NCBI RefSeq assembly: GCF_001194135.2
Contig: NC_068983.1
Location: 101,979,416-102,043,415 of the forward strand
Origin: Octopus bimaculoides
Lineage: Eukaryota
Length of the DNA: 64,000 nucleotides
Direction of reading: 5' to 3'
Positions 36,611-50,714 of this stretch are shown piece by piece; position 1 is the first letter of the stretch, and each line of letters begins with the position of its first letter. A model generated the notes under the pieces. The model was not told where the DNA came from. It worked only from the letters and a program-made list of their open reading frames with translations, and made no database searches. The translations under genes and the position numbers were made by a program.

Positions 36611-37580
36611 TTTTGTTTCTTTCCTCCTAATTTGTGTGACCTCAATGCTAAGAATCAACTATTGATTTTTTCTGTTGTTTTTGATGTTTTTTTTTGTTGT
36701 TTTTTTTGACTAGACAGTAAAGCCAAGTGTTTGAGAATACAGCTGTTTGAAACAATCTCAATATACTTCTGGAACTTATTTTAATGAAGCCCTGGAAGGA
36801 TATAAGTGTAGGAACAGTGAGATGTCAAACAAACTACAATAAAACAATACATTGTTACATACTATACTGTCTCAGTTGTTTCCATTGCCCTGCAGAAAAT
36901 AATTATTAATCTATTATAATAACAATAATCTAGTAACAATACAGGATAATCTGCTTTCCTCAATGGTCAAAGACAATAATTATAGTTGTTCGTAATTCAA
37001 TGTTAGTAAGGTAATGACATTCGTGAGGGAGGGTGAGTGAGTGGCTTTATATACTAGTTCCTAGGATTTGCTAAGAACATTAGCTGACAAACAACTATTG
37101 ACCTATATANNNNNNNNNNNNNNNNNNNNNNNNNNNNNNNNNNNNNNNNNNNNNNNNNNNNNNNNNNNNNNNNNNNNNNNNNNNNNNNNNNNNNNNNNNN
37201 NNNNNNNNNNNNNNNNNNNNNNNNNNNNNNNNNNNNNNNNNNNNNNNNNNNNNNNNNNNNNNNNNNNNNNNNNNNNNNNNNNNNNNNNNNNNNNNNNNNN
37301 NNNNNNNNNNNNNNNNNNNNNNNNNNNNNNNNNNNNNNNNNNNNNNNNNNNNNNNNNNNNNNNNNNNNNNNNNNNNNNNNNNNNNNNNNNNNNNNNNNNN
37401 NNNNNNNNNNNNNNNNNNNNNNNNNNNNNNNNNNNNNNNNNNNTATATATATATACACACACACACATGTATATATAGTACATGAAAAGAGAGAGAGTGG
37501 GGAGAGACAGAGGCAGACAGAGAGAAAATTATATTTCTGTATTTATTTAAACTCAAACATACTTTCTCTGTCTGTCTGTC

Positions 37581-37614
<34 letters not shown>

Positions 37615-37619
37615 ACATG

Positions 37620-38450
37620 GGTGCTCTTAGCAAGGTTAGAGCCGGCAATGAGTTTAGTGAGGATTTTAATATACAGGTGGGTGTTCACCAGGGATCTCTT
37701 TTCAAGTCTTTCTATTTATTATAGTTCTTGAAGTTAGAACATAAGAGTACAGCAAACGATTTTTGAGAGCAAAATTTGTTGAAAGATTGCAGAAGAAAAA
37801 GAAATGTTCTAAACTTGAACACATGGCTTAGATTTAAAAAAACCAAATGATCAACACAGAAAAATAACAAAATACTAAACAACAAAAGAGAGCAAAGGAT
37901 TTTAGTATCATCCTAATGTTTGGTATATAGTAAAGAGTAACTAGGTACTCAGGTACTTAATACTGTGCACCCTTTGCTAAAATAGTGGTATCTCTGACAG
38001 ACTGATAGAAATCAGGACTTGAGATACAGAATAATAGCTAGCAGTAGCTGCAACTCAGGAAATGAAAAGCATAGAAATTTCATTCGACCCATTAGACATA
38101 GTCACATAGAAAGTAACATAGGTGACCTAATTAGTTTTGAGGTGGGATGCAGTGAAAGCAAAGTTACTAGAGCAAGGAAGAGGTTGAAGGTCCATAATTA
38201 CATCAGTTGACAACAAACGGTTTCATGACCGTGCTGAAGGCAGATTGCATGAGACAAACATAAAAAGCATGATGCTGCACGATAGTGAGATCGATACTGA
38301 ATATGGAAGATTGGTAAAGACTAAAAACAAATCAAGAGAGAATGATTTGTTGAATGTCTGAAAAGCAGTGTGTAAGTGATATGAGTAAGAGCAACTGGGA
38401 ATTAAATGTGTCAGTAACCAGACAATAAGAAACAGAAATCTGACCCATTA
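37620..38450 (+). mobile_element. Very degenerate RTE LINE fragment
   Basis: VGVHQGSLF and KGRLHETNIKSMMLHDSE remnants. Confidence 0.5.
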
Positions 38451-38704
38451 TTACCTACATATTTTATGAGCCAGATATGGTTAGATATTTAAGCTCATAT
38501 TCCAGTATATGACAGATATCATTATTTTCTTTTAGTAACAATGTAAGGTTAAAATGAATGAATAAATAAATAAATAGGTATCGGTTATATTTTCTCAAAC
38601 GAGTAAAGAAATTATAGGAAAGGTAGGTATCTGGTCATTTCTTTCCTCTACATTCTTCCTCTTCCTTCTCCACCTCCTCTGCCCCTCCTACTCCTCATCA
38701 TAAT

Positions 38705-39125
38705 TATCATCATTGTTTTAACGTCCACTTTCCCATGCACACATGGGTTGGACAGAATGTGTTGAGGTAGATTTTCTATAGTTGGATACTCTTCCTGTTA
38801 CCAACCCTCACCAGTTTCTAAGTAAGGTTATATTTCCCCCACGACCAGACATGTTTTTCCATGGCAGAGTGGAAATGATGGCAACCATTTGCATGATGGT
38901 GATACTTGCTCACAATTATTATGCAATGCCAAGGCAAGGAGACAGTAACACACACTTACATGATGAGGTTTCTTTCAGTTTCCATCTACCAAATCCACTC
39001 ACAAGGCCTCACTTGGCCTGGGGCTTATAGCAAAAGACACTTGCCCAAGGTACTATGCAGTGGGACAGAACCTAAAACCATGTGGTTGGGAAGCAAACTT
39101 CTTACTACACAGTCACACTTGCACC
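38705..39125 (-). mobile_element. RTE 3'-UTR fragment followed by SINE family B 5' part
   Basis: Reverse complement of both repeat consensuses, in tandem. Confidence 0.65.
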
Positions 39126-39611
39126 TGTGTAGTAAGTTCAAATTCTGTTGGAGGCAACTTTGTCTTTCATACCAAATTAGATACTAAAATTTATACAGTC
39201 ATTACAATTCATGATCTTGTCAGAAAATATTTAATCAAAATTTTAAGCTTATTCAGTTATATAGCACTCAGCTACATTTTTGCCTTTAACTTAAGTTTGA
39301 TAGATTTTTATGAGATTTTTTCATTCTGCTAGCCTGTCTCTTTTTGTCATTGTTGTCATAGATATTAGGTGCAGCAATGTGCAATTCTTGCTCTTAAAAT
39401 AGTTTGGATAATAGTCTGTTTTATTAGAAAATTATGCAAATAACCATTTTATTCAATTTAATTAAATTTACTGCCATTATACAAGAAAGCAATGATTTTT
39501 TTCTTAAGCTGCTCTTGTTTATAAAGAGGACATTGCCTTTTGTATTACTTTACTCAAAAAGCAACCGCCTACACATTCAAAAGACTGAAATTCTTTGTTT
39601 CTTTTGTGTCT

Positions 39612-39822
39612 TATTTCAGTCACTGGACTGTGGTCATGCTGGGGCACTGCACTGAGGGGTTTTAGTCATATGAATCAATGCCAATACATTTCTTTTGGCC
39701 TGACATTTATTCTTTCAATCTCATAAGCTGAACTGCTAAGTTACAGAGATGTAAACAAATCAACACTTGTTGTCAAGCAGCGGTGAGGAACGAACACAGT
39801 TACAAAGACAAACACACACATG

Positions 39823-39856
<34 letters not shown>

Positions 39857-40010
39857 CACACAACAGACTAATATATAGTTTCCATTTACTGAATCCACTC
39901 ATGGGACTTTGGTTGGACTGGGCTATAGTAGAAGATACTTGCCCAAGGTGGGAATGAAATTGAAATCATGTGATTGGAAGCAAACTTCTTACCACATAGT
40001 CACACCTGTG
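39612..40010 (-). mobile_element. SINE family B, full length with internal (CA)n
   Basis: Colinear with 61208-61600. Confidence 0.75.
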
Positions 40011-40065
40011 TCTCACAAACTTTCACACATAATGTAGAGAATAGGATATGAATTTCTTATTTTAA

Positions 40066-40285
40066 CCCTTTAGCATTTAAACTGGTCATATCCAGCTCTG
40101 ATATTCTACCTGTTTTATGCTCAAACCAGCCAGATCTGGCCTCTCACACCTACCTGACAATGTCATTCTAAGAATAAGCAATCACTTCATTGAAATCTCC
40201 AAGCTATGAGATAATGCATGATTAATTCAAACCAATGTGAATAAATAAGCACTGCATGTGATACTGTAATCTAAATGTTACAGGG
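40066..40285 (+). mobile_element. piggyBac-type MITE (family C)
   Basis: TTAA|CCCTTTAGCATT...AATGTTACAGGG|TTAA: TTAA duplication with CCCT/AGGG termini, 220 bp, non-coding. Confidence 0.8.
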
Positions 40286-41753
40286 TTAAAACAAGTTCAC
40301 AATTAGGAAGAAATTCTATAAATCTTAACACCTAATTTTGGTATGGAAGACAAAGTTGCCTTCAGCTGAAATTACCACTTACAATAGCGGAAAGAAACAA
40401 TCAGAGGTTTACCATTCATACCATTTCTTTACTCTTTTAAGAAAATGTAATAAAGCAATAGGAAGACAAATGCAAGCATTGAATCATGTATTTATTCATA
40501 TATTTGTTTATTCATTCATGTTTGTTTGTTTGTTTTGATAATTCAGTTTGAGGAAAAGGTCAATATTTGTTATACTGGGACTGTACCAGCAATGAATGCC
40601 AGAACCAGGATGAGTAACGTGCTTCCATGATATAAACCATGAAAGATTAAAAAGAGGTAAGCCTTTTGCTGTTTTTTTTATTTTGTGAGTGTTGTTGTTG
40701 TTACTGTAAATATGAAGAATTCACATGGGGCAATACCACAATGCAAGAATAAAGATAAAAATATAAAGAATGAAACAAATATGCAAAACAATGCTTCCTT
40801 TATTACAGCACACAGACACAAACACACACACACACATACATACACACACACACCTATACATACATACACACACATGCACACAAATGCATATACATTAAAA
40901 GAATGAATGAATGGATCATGTATTAATTTCAACGATAGGTATTCCAATAATTGATTACCAGCACATCCTATTCATATTGCATAGTTTAAATTATTTCACA
41001 TATACTTGTAGCCTTGGTATAATTCTAAAAGAAACTAAGCAAGATACTGTGTGTGTAATTTCAGATATCATCTGTCTAATAGACTCGACTTCTGTCCATT
41101 CTCCATCTTCACAATTTCATTCACAAAGATTGAGTTAATTTAATCTATGTAGAATATATTTGTCCAAAATGTCCAAATAGTAGAATTGGACAAGGAATAT
41201 CTTGGCTGAAATGCAAACTTTTTAACCACTTAGCCATTTGTATTTCACACACATACAAGCACAAATGCTCACACAAAACTCATAGATACCCACACACGAA
41301 CAACACATGTACACAAACACAAACACACACACATACACATTATAAACTACAGTTAAACAGAAAAATATTAAAAACTGATTAGAAAGTTTGCCTGAAATTG
41401 TATAGCGTGATGCACACAAGGAAAACATCATATACAGGTTGTACATAGATGCATGTATTAGAAGCAGCAGCAGCAGCTATAACAGTATTATTATAGATAG
41501 TATAAAGCAGTTTGTAGTTGTAAGATAACGAATAACAGACACTATAACTAAATAAAACAATAGAGCAATATTTCTCATTCTTCTTGACTATGTAGTTCAC
41601 TGAAGACCAAACAAAATTCTTCTTGGTGCACTCTGTATGGAAAGTTATATAAAAATAAAGAGCTATGATTTAAAGGTAAAAATATAGAAAGCTGTTATTT
41701 TAAAATACAGCTACCTATAATTCATAAGTAAGTATGTCCTAATATGTACCTTT

Positions 41754-41966
41754 ATGGTGGCAAGCTGGCAAAATTGTTAGTATGCCAGACAAAATGCTTA
41801 GCAGCATTTTGCATGTCTTTATGTTCTGAGTTCAAATTCAGTCGAGGTCAGCTTTGCCGTTCATCCTTTTAGGGTTGATAAAATAAGTACCAGTTGAATA
41901 CTGAGGCTGATGTGATCAACTTACCCCTACCTCAAAATTGCTGGCCTTGTGCCAAAATGTGAAACT
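41754..41966 (+). mobile_element. tRNA-derived SINE (family A)
   Basis: Full colinearity with other copies. Confidence 0.82.
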
Positions 41967-42014
41967 AGTAATATGTACTTTGTTTTCACTAATTGTTTTA
42001 GGTGCCTATGCACT

Positions 42015-42240
42015 TGTGAAAAGACAAAGACATCCTCTTGGCCCTGTCATCCTTAACCCAGTAGCGCATCTAGGACATGACAGCTAGAGGGAGGAGTTGC
42101 ACCAACACTGCACTTGAATGGTACCCATTTACAGCTGAGTAGACTGGGGCAATATGAAATGGAATGTTTTACTGAAAGACACATGCCGTACTGTCCAAGA
42201 ATTGGACTCACGACCTCATGGCCATGAACTGACCACACCT
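42015..42240 (-). mobile_element. tRNA-derived SINE related to family E with a different tail
   Basis: Central block TTGCCCCAGTCTACTCAGCTGTAAATGGGTACC. Confidence 0.55.
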
Positions 42241-42529
42241 TTTGTATTAATCATTTGTGTATAACAAAATTATGAATAACATGTTTTTTTAAGTTGCTCA
42301 AGCATGAATACAGATTTTCTAAATCCTAAAATTGTAAATTTGAAAATCATAGTCCACCTAGTTTCTTCCTCATTACACACTGGTGTGCTGTGGAACACCA
42401 GTGCTCTGTGGTACACCATCTGAGAGCAACATTTGTAGGGATATGATCTGTGGGAGATTTGGCAGCTATTTCTAGCAATTCAAACAATTGTATAGATTCT
42501 CTCTTGGAAGACAACAGAATCATTGTAAC

Positions 42530-42586
<57 letters not shown>

Positions 42587-42950
42587 ATTTTTCTTTGAGT
42601 TTTATTTAAGTTCTTTTTTTTTGAGAGAGTTCAAACCAAAGCAGCAATACTTTTTTTTAATTAAGAGAGTTCCCAGTGTTTGTAAATACATACATACATA
42701 CATACATACATACATACGTATGAATGTTATTTATGAATGCATGTATATATGTATGGATAAATGGATGTACATTTTATAGCAATGTTTTTCATAGGACTGT
42801 GAGGATTGAGGAGTTGACAAATTGTCCTGCTGAATAGAATTAAGATGTTTTTAAACTCATTCAAAACTCTAGTCAAGAAAGGAGAATTATATGGATGCAA
42901 ACACTATATTTCTTTTCTCATTAATAAAGAATCAGGCAGGAATGTTTTAA

Positions 42951-43139
42951 CTCTTTAGCATTTAAACTGGCCATATCTGGCCAAAATATTCTACATGTCA
43001 CACCTACCCTACACTGCCATGCTAAAAATAAATGCTCGCATCATCACAATCTCAAAACAATGAGATAATGCATGATTAGTTCAAAACAGTGTGAATTAAT
43101 AAGCATTACATTTGACAGAGTAATCTAAATGCTAAAAGG
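42951..43139 (+). mobile_element. piggyBac-type MITE (family C)
   Basis: TTAA|CTCTTTAGCATT...AATGCTAAAAGG|TTAA. Confidence 0.78.
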
Positions 43140-43334
43140 TTAAACAATAATCTTTTGATGGGGTCTGGTGTTTATCAGCTTGAGAATACTTCTTCTATAG
43201 TATACAATATCAAAAAATAGAAGAAAAGTGAACAAAACAGTATGTGCTTTAACCTTTTTTGTTAACATATTTCTGTTGAAATATATTGTATTTGTTTTAA
43301 TTTATTGAATATTTTTCCATCTTTTATCTTTTAA

Positions 43335-43544
43335 TCGTTTTAGTCATTGGACTATGGTCATGCTGGAGCATAACCCTGAAAGGTTTAGTTTAGCAATTTG
43401 ACCCCAGAACTTAATTTTTTAAGCCTAGTACTTATTCTGTCAGTCTCTTTTGCTAAACTGCAAAACTACAGGATAAACAAACCAACACTGGTCGTTAGGT
43501 GGTGGTGGTGGAGGACAAACACAACAATATACACACATGCATGT

Positions 43545-43579
<35 letters not shown>

Positions 43580-43685
43580 CATATGACAGGCTTCTTTCTA
43601 TCTGCCAAATTCTCTCACCTGTGCAGTGGGACTAAACCTGAAACCATGTGGTTGGGAAGCAAACTTCTTACCATACAGCACCTGT
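43335..43685 (-). mobile_element. SINE family B
   Basis: Reverse complement of the family B consensus. Confidence 0.7.
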
Positions 43686-43729
43686 TACCAAGAATTTAGT
43701 AAATTAACTTTCTGATTATTGCATTGGTA

Positions 43730-43935
43730 TTTAAGGCAGTGAGCTGGCAGAACCATTAGCATGCTGGGCAAAATGCTTAGTGGCATTTCATCCTTCTTAA
43801 CATTCTGAGTTCAAATTCCACCAAAGTTGACTTTGCCTTTCCTTTCGGGGTACCAGTCAGTACTGGGGCCAATCTGATGTAATCGACTTCCCCCTCCTCC
43901 TCAAAAACTACTTACCCCATGCCAAAATTTGAAAA
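43730..43935 (+). mobile_element. tRNA-derived SINE (family A)
   Basis: AAGGCAGTGAGCTGGCAGAA head, GAGTTCAAATTC B-box. Confidence 0.8.
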
Positions 43936-44851
43936 CATTATTATTATGCTGGCATTTAAAACATTTTACGATCACTATAAAACAGGATGTTTGTATCATA
44001 GAAATAGGGATGGTCTCAGATAGGTTGGTATCAAAAGAATTTAAATGGGTATCATGACACATTTGCCATGCAGTTGTTCCAATTTCCATACACAACCTCT
44101 GATCAAGTTTGTCAAGTTTCTTCACTCTAAAAATTATACTTAAATATCAACTAAAAAAATTTTTTTTTTTTTCAAAAATTGATTACTAAGTGATATCATG
44201 TATCTAAAGGTATTGAATTAGTGTCAAAAATAATGAAAATTGAAACTACAGCTCTGTCACTATTACTTAGAATTACTTTCCTTGAAATAAATTTTACTTG
44301 ATTTCATGACAGAGTACTTTAAAGATTGATTATATTTCATAAGTAATATTATATTTAATCATTTTATTTACTCTTCTTGCATTTGCTTAACAACTCAAAA
44401 ATTCTAAGACTTCTTTCTTAGACAGAGAGGGTTTAAAAAAAAAAAAACATGTTGAACAAGATAAAGGAAAAAATAAAGTTAAATAGAATAAAAGAAATTA
44501 AAAGAAATGGTAAGAAAGTTAAGAAACAACTAAAGTTTTCTTTCATGTCAGCATCAAATTCTTTAGAAACATTTGGAAATATAAGTTGTCATTGATTTTA
44601 CATCATCTTTAAAGAAGCTAAGCTTCTTTAATGTGATTCCAAACATTAAACCACTTGAATATATCTCTATCAAAAACGATGACTGCACACACACATGCAC
44701 ACATTTGTGTTTGTGTGTATGTGTGTATATGCAAACACACACGCATATGTACATATACATGCATAAATATGTATGCACACAGATTCATGCATATATCTCT
44801 TTCTCCACACACACACATATGTATGTATACATGTGTGTGCATATATATGTA

Positions 44852-44939
<88 letters not shown>

Positions 44940-45683
44940 TATACATACATGTATATATGAATATATATATATATATATATATGCATGCATATACATACAT
45001 CTATATATGCATCTGTAAATAAGCAAATATATATATATATATAATATACATAATATACTAAACAATAATACATGTTGTTGTTGTTGTTTTTTCATTTCTT
45101 ATCTATTTATTTTAGAACAGGAAGCAAAGCTCCTATTTGCTGCTGACATCAATTTCTAATAGAAATAAATGTAATCTTGAGATGAGATAAGAGACTTTTC
45201 AATGACCATTCGAGAGGTTTCTTAATGTTAATTAGGAATACAGCTACAGAAACTAAAGGGCAGTTGTAATTCTGAAAGAGAGATAAATAAATGTATAACA
45301 TGCTAGCCATGGATTTTCTAAAAGTAAATGTGATCAGACAGAAATCAGGAGCTTAGTGGTTCCAATTTCTTAGAGGTTGTTGATAGTGGTTTGTTATTTT
45401 GCTTTATTTGAAATTTGGTGTTAGCATTGATGGTTCGATATTTATTATGTTTTTTAGATATATTTGCAGTATAAGTTTATTGAAAAAATACAGTTATGGA
45501 AGGAAACAGATTAGATTTTGATTGTTGACAGGAAGTGTATTATATAAATGTGTTTTTAAGATATATATTTACACAATTACTACATTAGTGAGATGTTCTT
45601 ACACGATTGAGACTGTACTTAAGTAAATATATAAGCATTCATGTGTAACTATGTATGTATATATGTATGTGTGTGTATATACG

Positions 45684-45720
<37 letters not shown>

Positions 45721-45912
45721 CCCTGAGTATCCTATCATTGCTGGGTAATTTTTACAATAGAATGCCTTATCAAACTTTCAGAATAACACACCAACATAAG
45801 CTGGATTTTCTCTGTTTTGATGGGGACTTTTCAAAAATTTTTTTCACTAGACCCTTGCAAATGATGGTGGGGGGAACATTTGTATGTACATATGTATGCA
45901 ATATTTTATATA

Positions 45913-47147
45913 TTGGATTGTCCTGAAAGTTCGTGCCAATTTGTAAAGGAAAGAAAAAGGTCAATAAATACTTGCCATACATTTTTAATCAACCAAATAT
46001 GAACCATTTTGTTGCACAATGCATCTCCATCTTCCTTTAACTTAAAAATACCCTCTTCCCAGAATTGAAGTGGTTTCATGGCAAAGAATTCATCAAGGTA
46101 TCTTTTTACGTCATTCAAGGAATTGAAATTTTTACCATTAAGACTATTCTGCAGAGACCTGAATAAGTGGAAATCTGAAGGAGCAACATCTGGTGAATAT
46201 AGAGGAACGGTGGAGTCACACATCCTAGATGAGCTGCAGCAATTTTTGTCTGGTTCCTAAAGAAACGTGTGGTCTTGCATTATCATGTTGGAAAACAACA
46301 CCCTTCCTGTTGGCCAATTCTGGACATTTCTCTTGAATTGCTGCTTTTAACTCGTCCAGTTGTGTGCAGTATTTCTCAGAATTAATTGTCTGGTTACTTG
46401 AGAGAAGCTCATAGTATAGAATTCTTTTCCAATCCCACCAGACACAAAGCAAGACTTTTTTAGGGTGAAGACCCGCTTTTGGGGTGGCTAAGGGTGGCTG
46501 ATGTCGCTTACTCCAGGATCGCTTTCTCTGAACATTTCAGTAGATAATCCATTTCTCATCACCTGTCACAATTTGCTTTAAAAAAAGGTGCATTTTCATT
46601 CTGATATAAAGCGAATCACAGATGGAAATGTGATCCAAAAGGTTTTTCTCACTCAACTTATGTGGTACCCAGACATTGTAGCGATTTGTGTACCCAAGCT
46701 TTACCAGGTGCTCATGAATGATGGATTTTGATAGGTTGAGGCTTTCTGCCAATTCTTGGGTTGTGCAATGTGGGTTATTCTCAATTAATGACTTGATTTG
46801 GTCATCATCTGTAGTGGATGGTCTGCCTGGTCGCTCTTTATCAATAAGGTTACAATCTCCAGCTCGGAACCTTGCGAACCACTTCCGTACAGTTCTTTCG
46901 GATAAAGAAACATCACCGTAAACTGCGGATATCTAAAATGCCAAAAATGAACTTTCTCATCTTCCATTTTAAAGGGTTACAGAACTAACATAGGTTATAG
47001 GAACATAAACCTTCTTCAACGTAAAGATAGCTTAAACTGTACTCTAAATGGAGGTGTAGTCAAATCCTATTTTATGGACTCAACCATGTTCTAAAATAAG
47101 TCAAAAGGTAAGCTACTATAAATCGGCACAAACTTTCTGGACAACCC

Positions 47148-47149
<2 letters not shown>
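45913..47149 (-). mobile_element. Full-length degenerate mariner (DD34D) transposon with TA TSD
   Basis: TIRs TTGGATTGTCCTGAAAGTTCGTGCC and GGCACAAACTTTCTGGACAACCCAA with TA on both sides; WVPHKL, IVTGDEKW, HDNARPH, YSPDVAPSDFHLF. Confidence 0.95.
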
Positions 47150-47199
<50 letters not shown>

Positions 47200-47279
47200 G
47201 CGAGAGAGAGAGAGAAAGGGGGAAAAGAGAGAACTAAGACTTCAATACTTTCAATATGCTCAAAGTAGTTAGCTGTAAT

Positions 47280-48610
47280 GACATAAATTAAATGAAACAT
47301 GCACATACATTGCACATCCAGTGAAGCATACTGACTTCATTTCTTTCAAGCCAAAACATGTCCTCAGCTGTCACAGCCCATGTTTCACTGACATGTAGCA
47401 CAGCTGTTCACACACAGGCATCACACAATCTGCCTTTCATTCTGAGAGAGAGGCCCTTTGTTGCCAGCAGGGATAGGAGCTCTCTAAACTTTGCCCAGCC
47501 TAATCTTATTCTCACAGCTATGCTCTCGGAGCATCCACCTCCACCACTAACTTAGTCACTTAGGTAACAGCTATCTACTACCTTTAGCTTGTCCCACTGG
47601 CAGTTGATGGAGTCTGTTTTCTGTACATTCTCAGCATTTATTGTATCTGTGCATCTTCCTCATGCATAAGCTAGTTTCCCTGTTAACCTTCCCTTGATAT
47701 TGCTGCACTACTTACGTGTCCAAAGCCTACACCAGGTGCATCTTATAGAGTTCCTATGTGTGCCTTTTCTACAGATTGAGCAGAACCATCTATCTGAAGG
47801 GATTTGTGATTTGTCTGCCTTCCTACTTACTAAGACTTTGGTTTTTGCTAGGTTAACTCTAAGGCCCTTTAATTCTATACCTTGCTTCCATACCTGGAAC
47901 TTCTTCTCTAGTTCTGGTAGTCATTTAGCAATAAGAGCAAGCTCAGCAGCATAGAGGAGCTCCCAGGGGTAGCCTGTCTTAAATTGCCTGGAGGACTATG
48001 ATGAACAAGAGGGGGATGAGCACCGATCCTTAGTGAGCCCCTACCTGTACCCTGAATTCTTTGCTGTACTCATTGCCCACACTCACCTTACTGGTAGCAT
48101 CCCTGTACATAACTTGTACAGCTCTCACCAATCACTTATCTATCCCTAGTTTCAGCATTGATCACCAGACAAAGAATTGGGGCACCCTGTCAAAGGCTTT
48201 CTCCAAGTCAATAAAGACCTGGTGCAGAGATTTATCTTTGGCTAGGTATTCCTCCTGCAGCTGCCTTATGAGAAATATAGCCTCAGTGGTGCTTCTCTCT
48301 GGCACAAAACCAAGCTGCATCTCATCTAGGCTACCTCTCTCCCTAATTAGTTAGGCTATGACTTTCTCTGTAACTTTCATCACCTGATCCAACAATTTGA
48401 TACCTCTGTAATTATTTCTATCTAAGGCATCACCTTTACCTTTGTAGCAGTTGACTATGGTGCTACTACACCAGTCATTGGGTATGACTGATTTACAATA
48501 CAGGTGACTAGACCATAACCCACACCATCAGATATTTTGATCATCTCAGCAGTGATTCCTGACAGGCCGGGGGCTTTCCCTCACTTCATACTCTTAATTG
48601 CTTTATCTAC
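47280..48610 (-). mobile_element. Degenerate RTE LINE copy (PHD-insert family)
   Basis: GKAPGLSGITAEMIK, DLEKAFDRVP, WELLYAAE (mutated YADD), RWFCSICRKG...RCTWCRLWTRK*C, KGRLCDACV. Confidence 0.88.
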
Positions 48611-48741
48611 CAAGGAACTGTTGATTTGGGTCAAGATTTGGCAGATCTTTGGCATATCTGTATTAATATATGTATTATTGCAACATTGGCATATCTGTAT
48701 GTATATGTGTATTATTGTATTTTCACATATATGACTTTATA

Positions 48742-48786
<45 letters not shown>

Positions 48787-48807
48787 ATGCATGAGTGTGA
48801 GTGAATG

Positions 48808-48872
<65 letters not shown>

Positions 48873-49429
48873 TCATATATATATATATATATATGTACAT
48901 ATATATAAGAAAAAAGGGATTAAAAAATCCAGGCAGATATCAAAAAAGCACTCAATTTTTAGAGAATTGGGTTAACAATATTCAACAATTAGACACCAGT
49001 AAATGTAAGTAGAATACATATCCAAGATAAATCGTCATGTATGAGAAGTAAGTCCAAAAATCCTTTAGTAGAATTTCAAGAAATTTGACAACAAAAAATA
49101 TGTATAAAGAAAATTACGTCTTTATTATAGATAGCACCTTATAAAGCTGACAATTATTTCTATTCTGTTACACACACATGCATATATATATATATATATA
49201 TATATTCTTATACTTGGGGATGGTATATATATATATATATATATATTAAAACAATCAAGCAATGTGATGTGCGACTATTATAATCAGAGGGAGCTTCAAC
49301 TACGAAGAGGCATCCAGTAAGCCGGCAAATACGGTATATTGCTATTGATAATTTGGCCTTAAAAGGTGTGAAAAATATATATTGCCATGAAAAAAAGCCC
49401 TAAAAAGTTGTGATAATATTTACGATTCT

Positions 49430-49521
49430 GTGAATATGCTGTGGTTTCTGTGAACAATTATCAGTTCCGCAAATAACCGGGACTGAGAATGCTGAACCAC
49501 AAATAAGTGGGAGTACACTGT
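49430..49521 (-). mobile_element. Possible Tigger/pogo-type terminal inverted repeat remnant
   Basis: Reverse complement TACAGTGTACTCCCACTTATTTGTGGTTCAGC resembles Tigger ends; the other end was not identified. Confidence 0.3.
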
Positions 49522-49559
49522 ATATCATATTACATATATTATATTACACACACACACAT

Positions 49560-49590
<31 letters not shown>

Positions 49591-49827
49591 AATATATATA
49601 CATATACATATATTAATGTAAGAAAATGGAGTAAGATATATTGTGGATACTTATTTTATTTGTATGTATCCACAATATATTTTTTCTCCACTTTCTTATA
49701 TTAAAATTAAAAGTACATTAGACAGTTTATCCCTATATATTGAGAGAATTCTCCCAATATATGATCGATTACACAAGTTGATCTCTAGATTTTATATTCT
49801 CTAAGGAGGATATTACATCTTCAAATT

Positions 49828-49861
<34 letters not shown>

Positions 49862-50589
49862 NNNNNNNNNNNNNNNNNNNNNNNNNNNNNNNNNNNNNNN
49901 NNNNNNNNNNNNNNNNNNNNNNTGTGTGTGTGTGTGTGTGTGTGTGTGTACATACATACATATATGTTTTTTTTATTTTTCTCTGTATTCTCTGTATATA
50001 TTATATCTATAACAGTAATAATGTTTTGATTTTCATATTTCAAAATCCTTCCTGATGGAATGTTTTACTCATCTCATTCAAATTAATTACTTGTGTATTA
50101 ATTAATTAAATATTAATTACAAAATGATTGCATGTTTGATGATTGCACTTAAACCATGGAAACAGCTGTAGAACATAACAATGAAATCTTGAAATATCAT
50201 TTGAATCTTTTTTTATTCTTCCAATTACTTTGTCTGAACATTTATTTTAACCGCTTTTATTACTATGACAAATTCAATGCTATGAATATTGCACTGAAGT
50301 AATATTATATCGTAGTTCAATGATATAAGGAATTAAGCTCTTAAATTTTAAGAATTTTACTTCGCAGCAGTAACAGTTTGATCAAAAGATCAGAATAGTT
50401 AGCATCTCATATGCACGGGGTTAAATATCTCTTATGTAAATGCCAACTTTTTTGAATTGCATCATGGTTTGGGGAGAAAAAAATCTTGGTTTTGAAATAT
50501 TTAATTATTATATGTGTGTGTGTATGAGTATATGTTTGAATATATATATATATATATAATTATATGCATGTTTATATATATATACATAC

Positions 50590-50620
<31 letters not shown>

Positions 50621-50683
50621 TATATATATATATACACACACACATATATATATATATACACATATATATATATATATATACAT

Positions 50684-50714
<31 letters not shown>

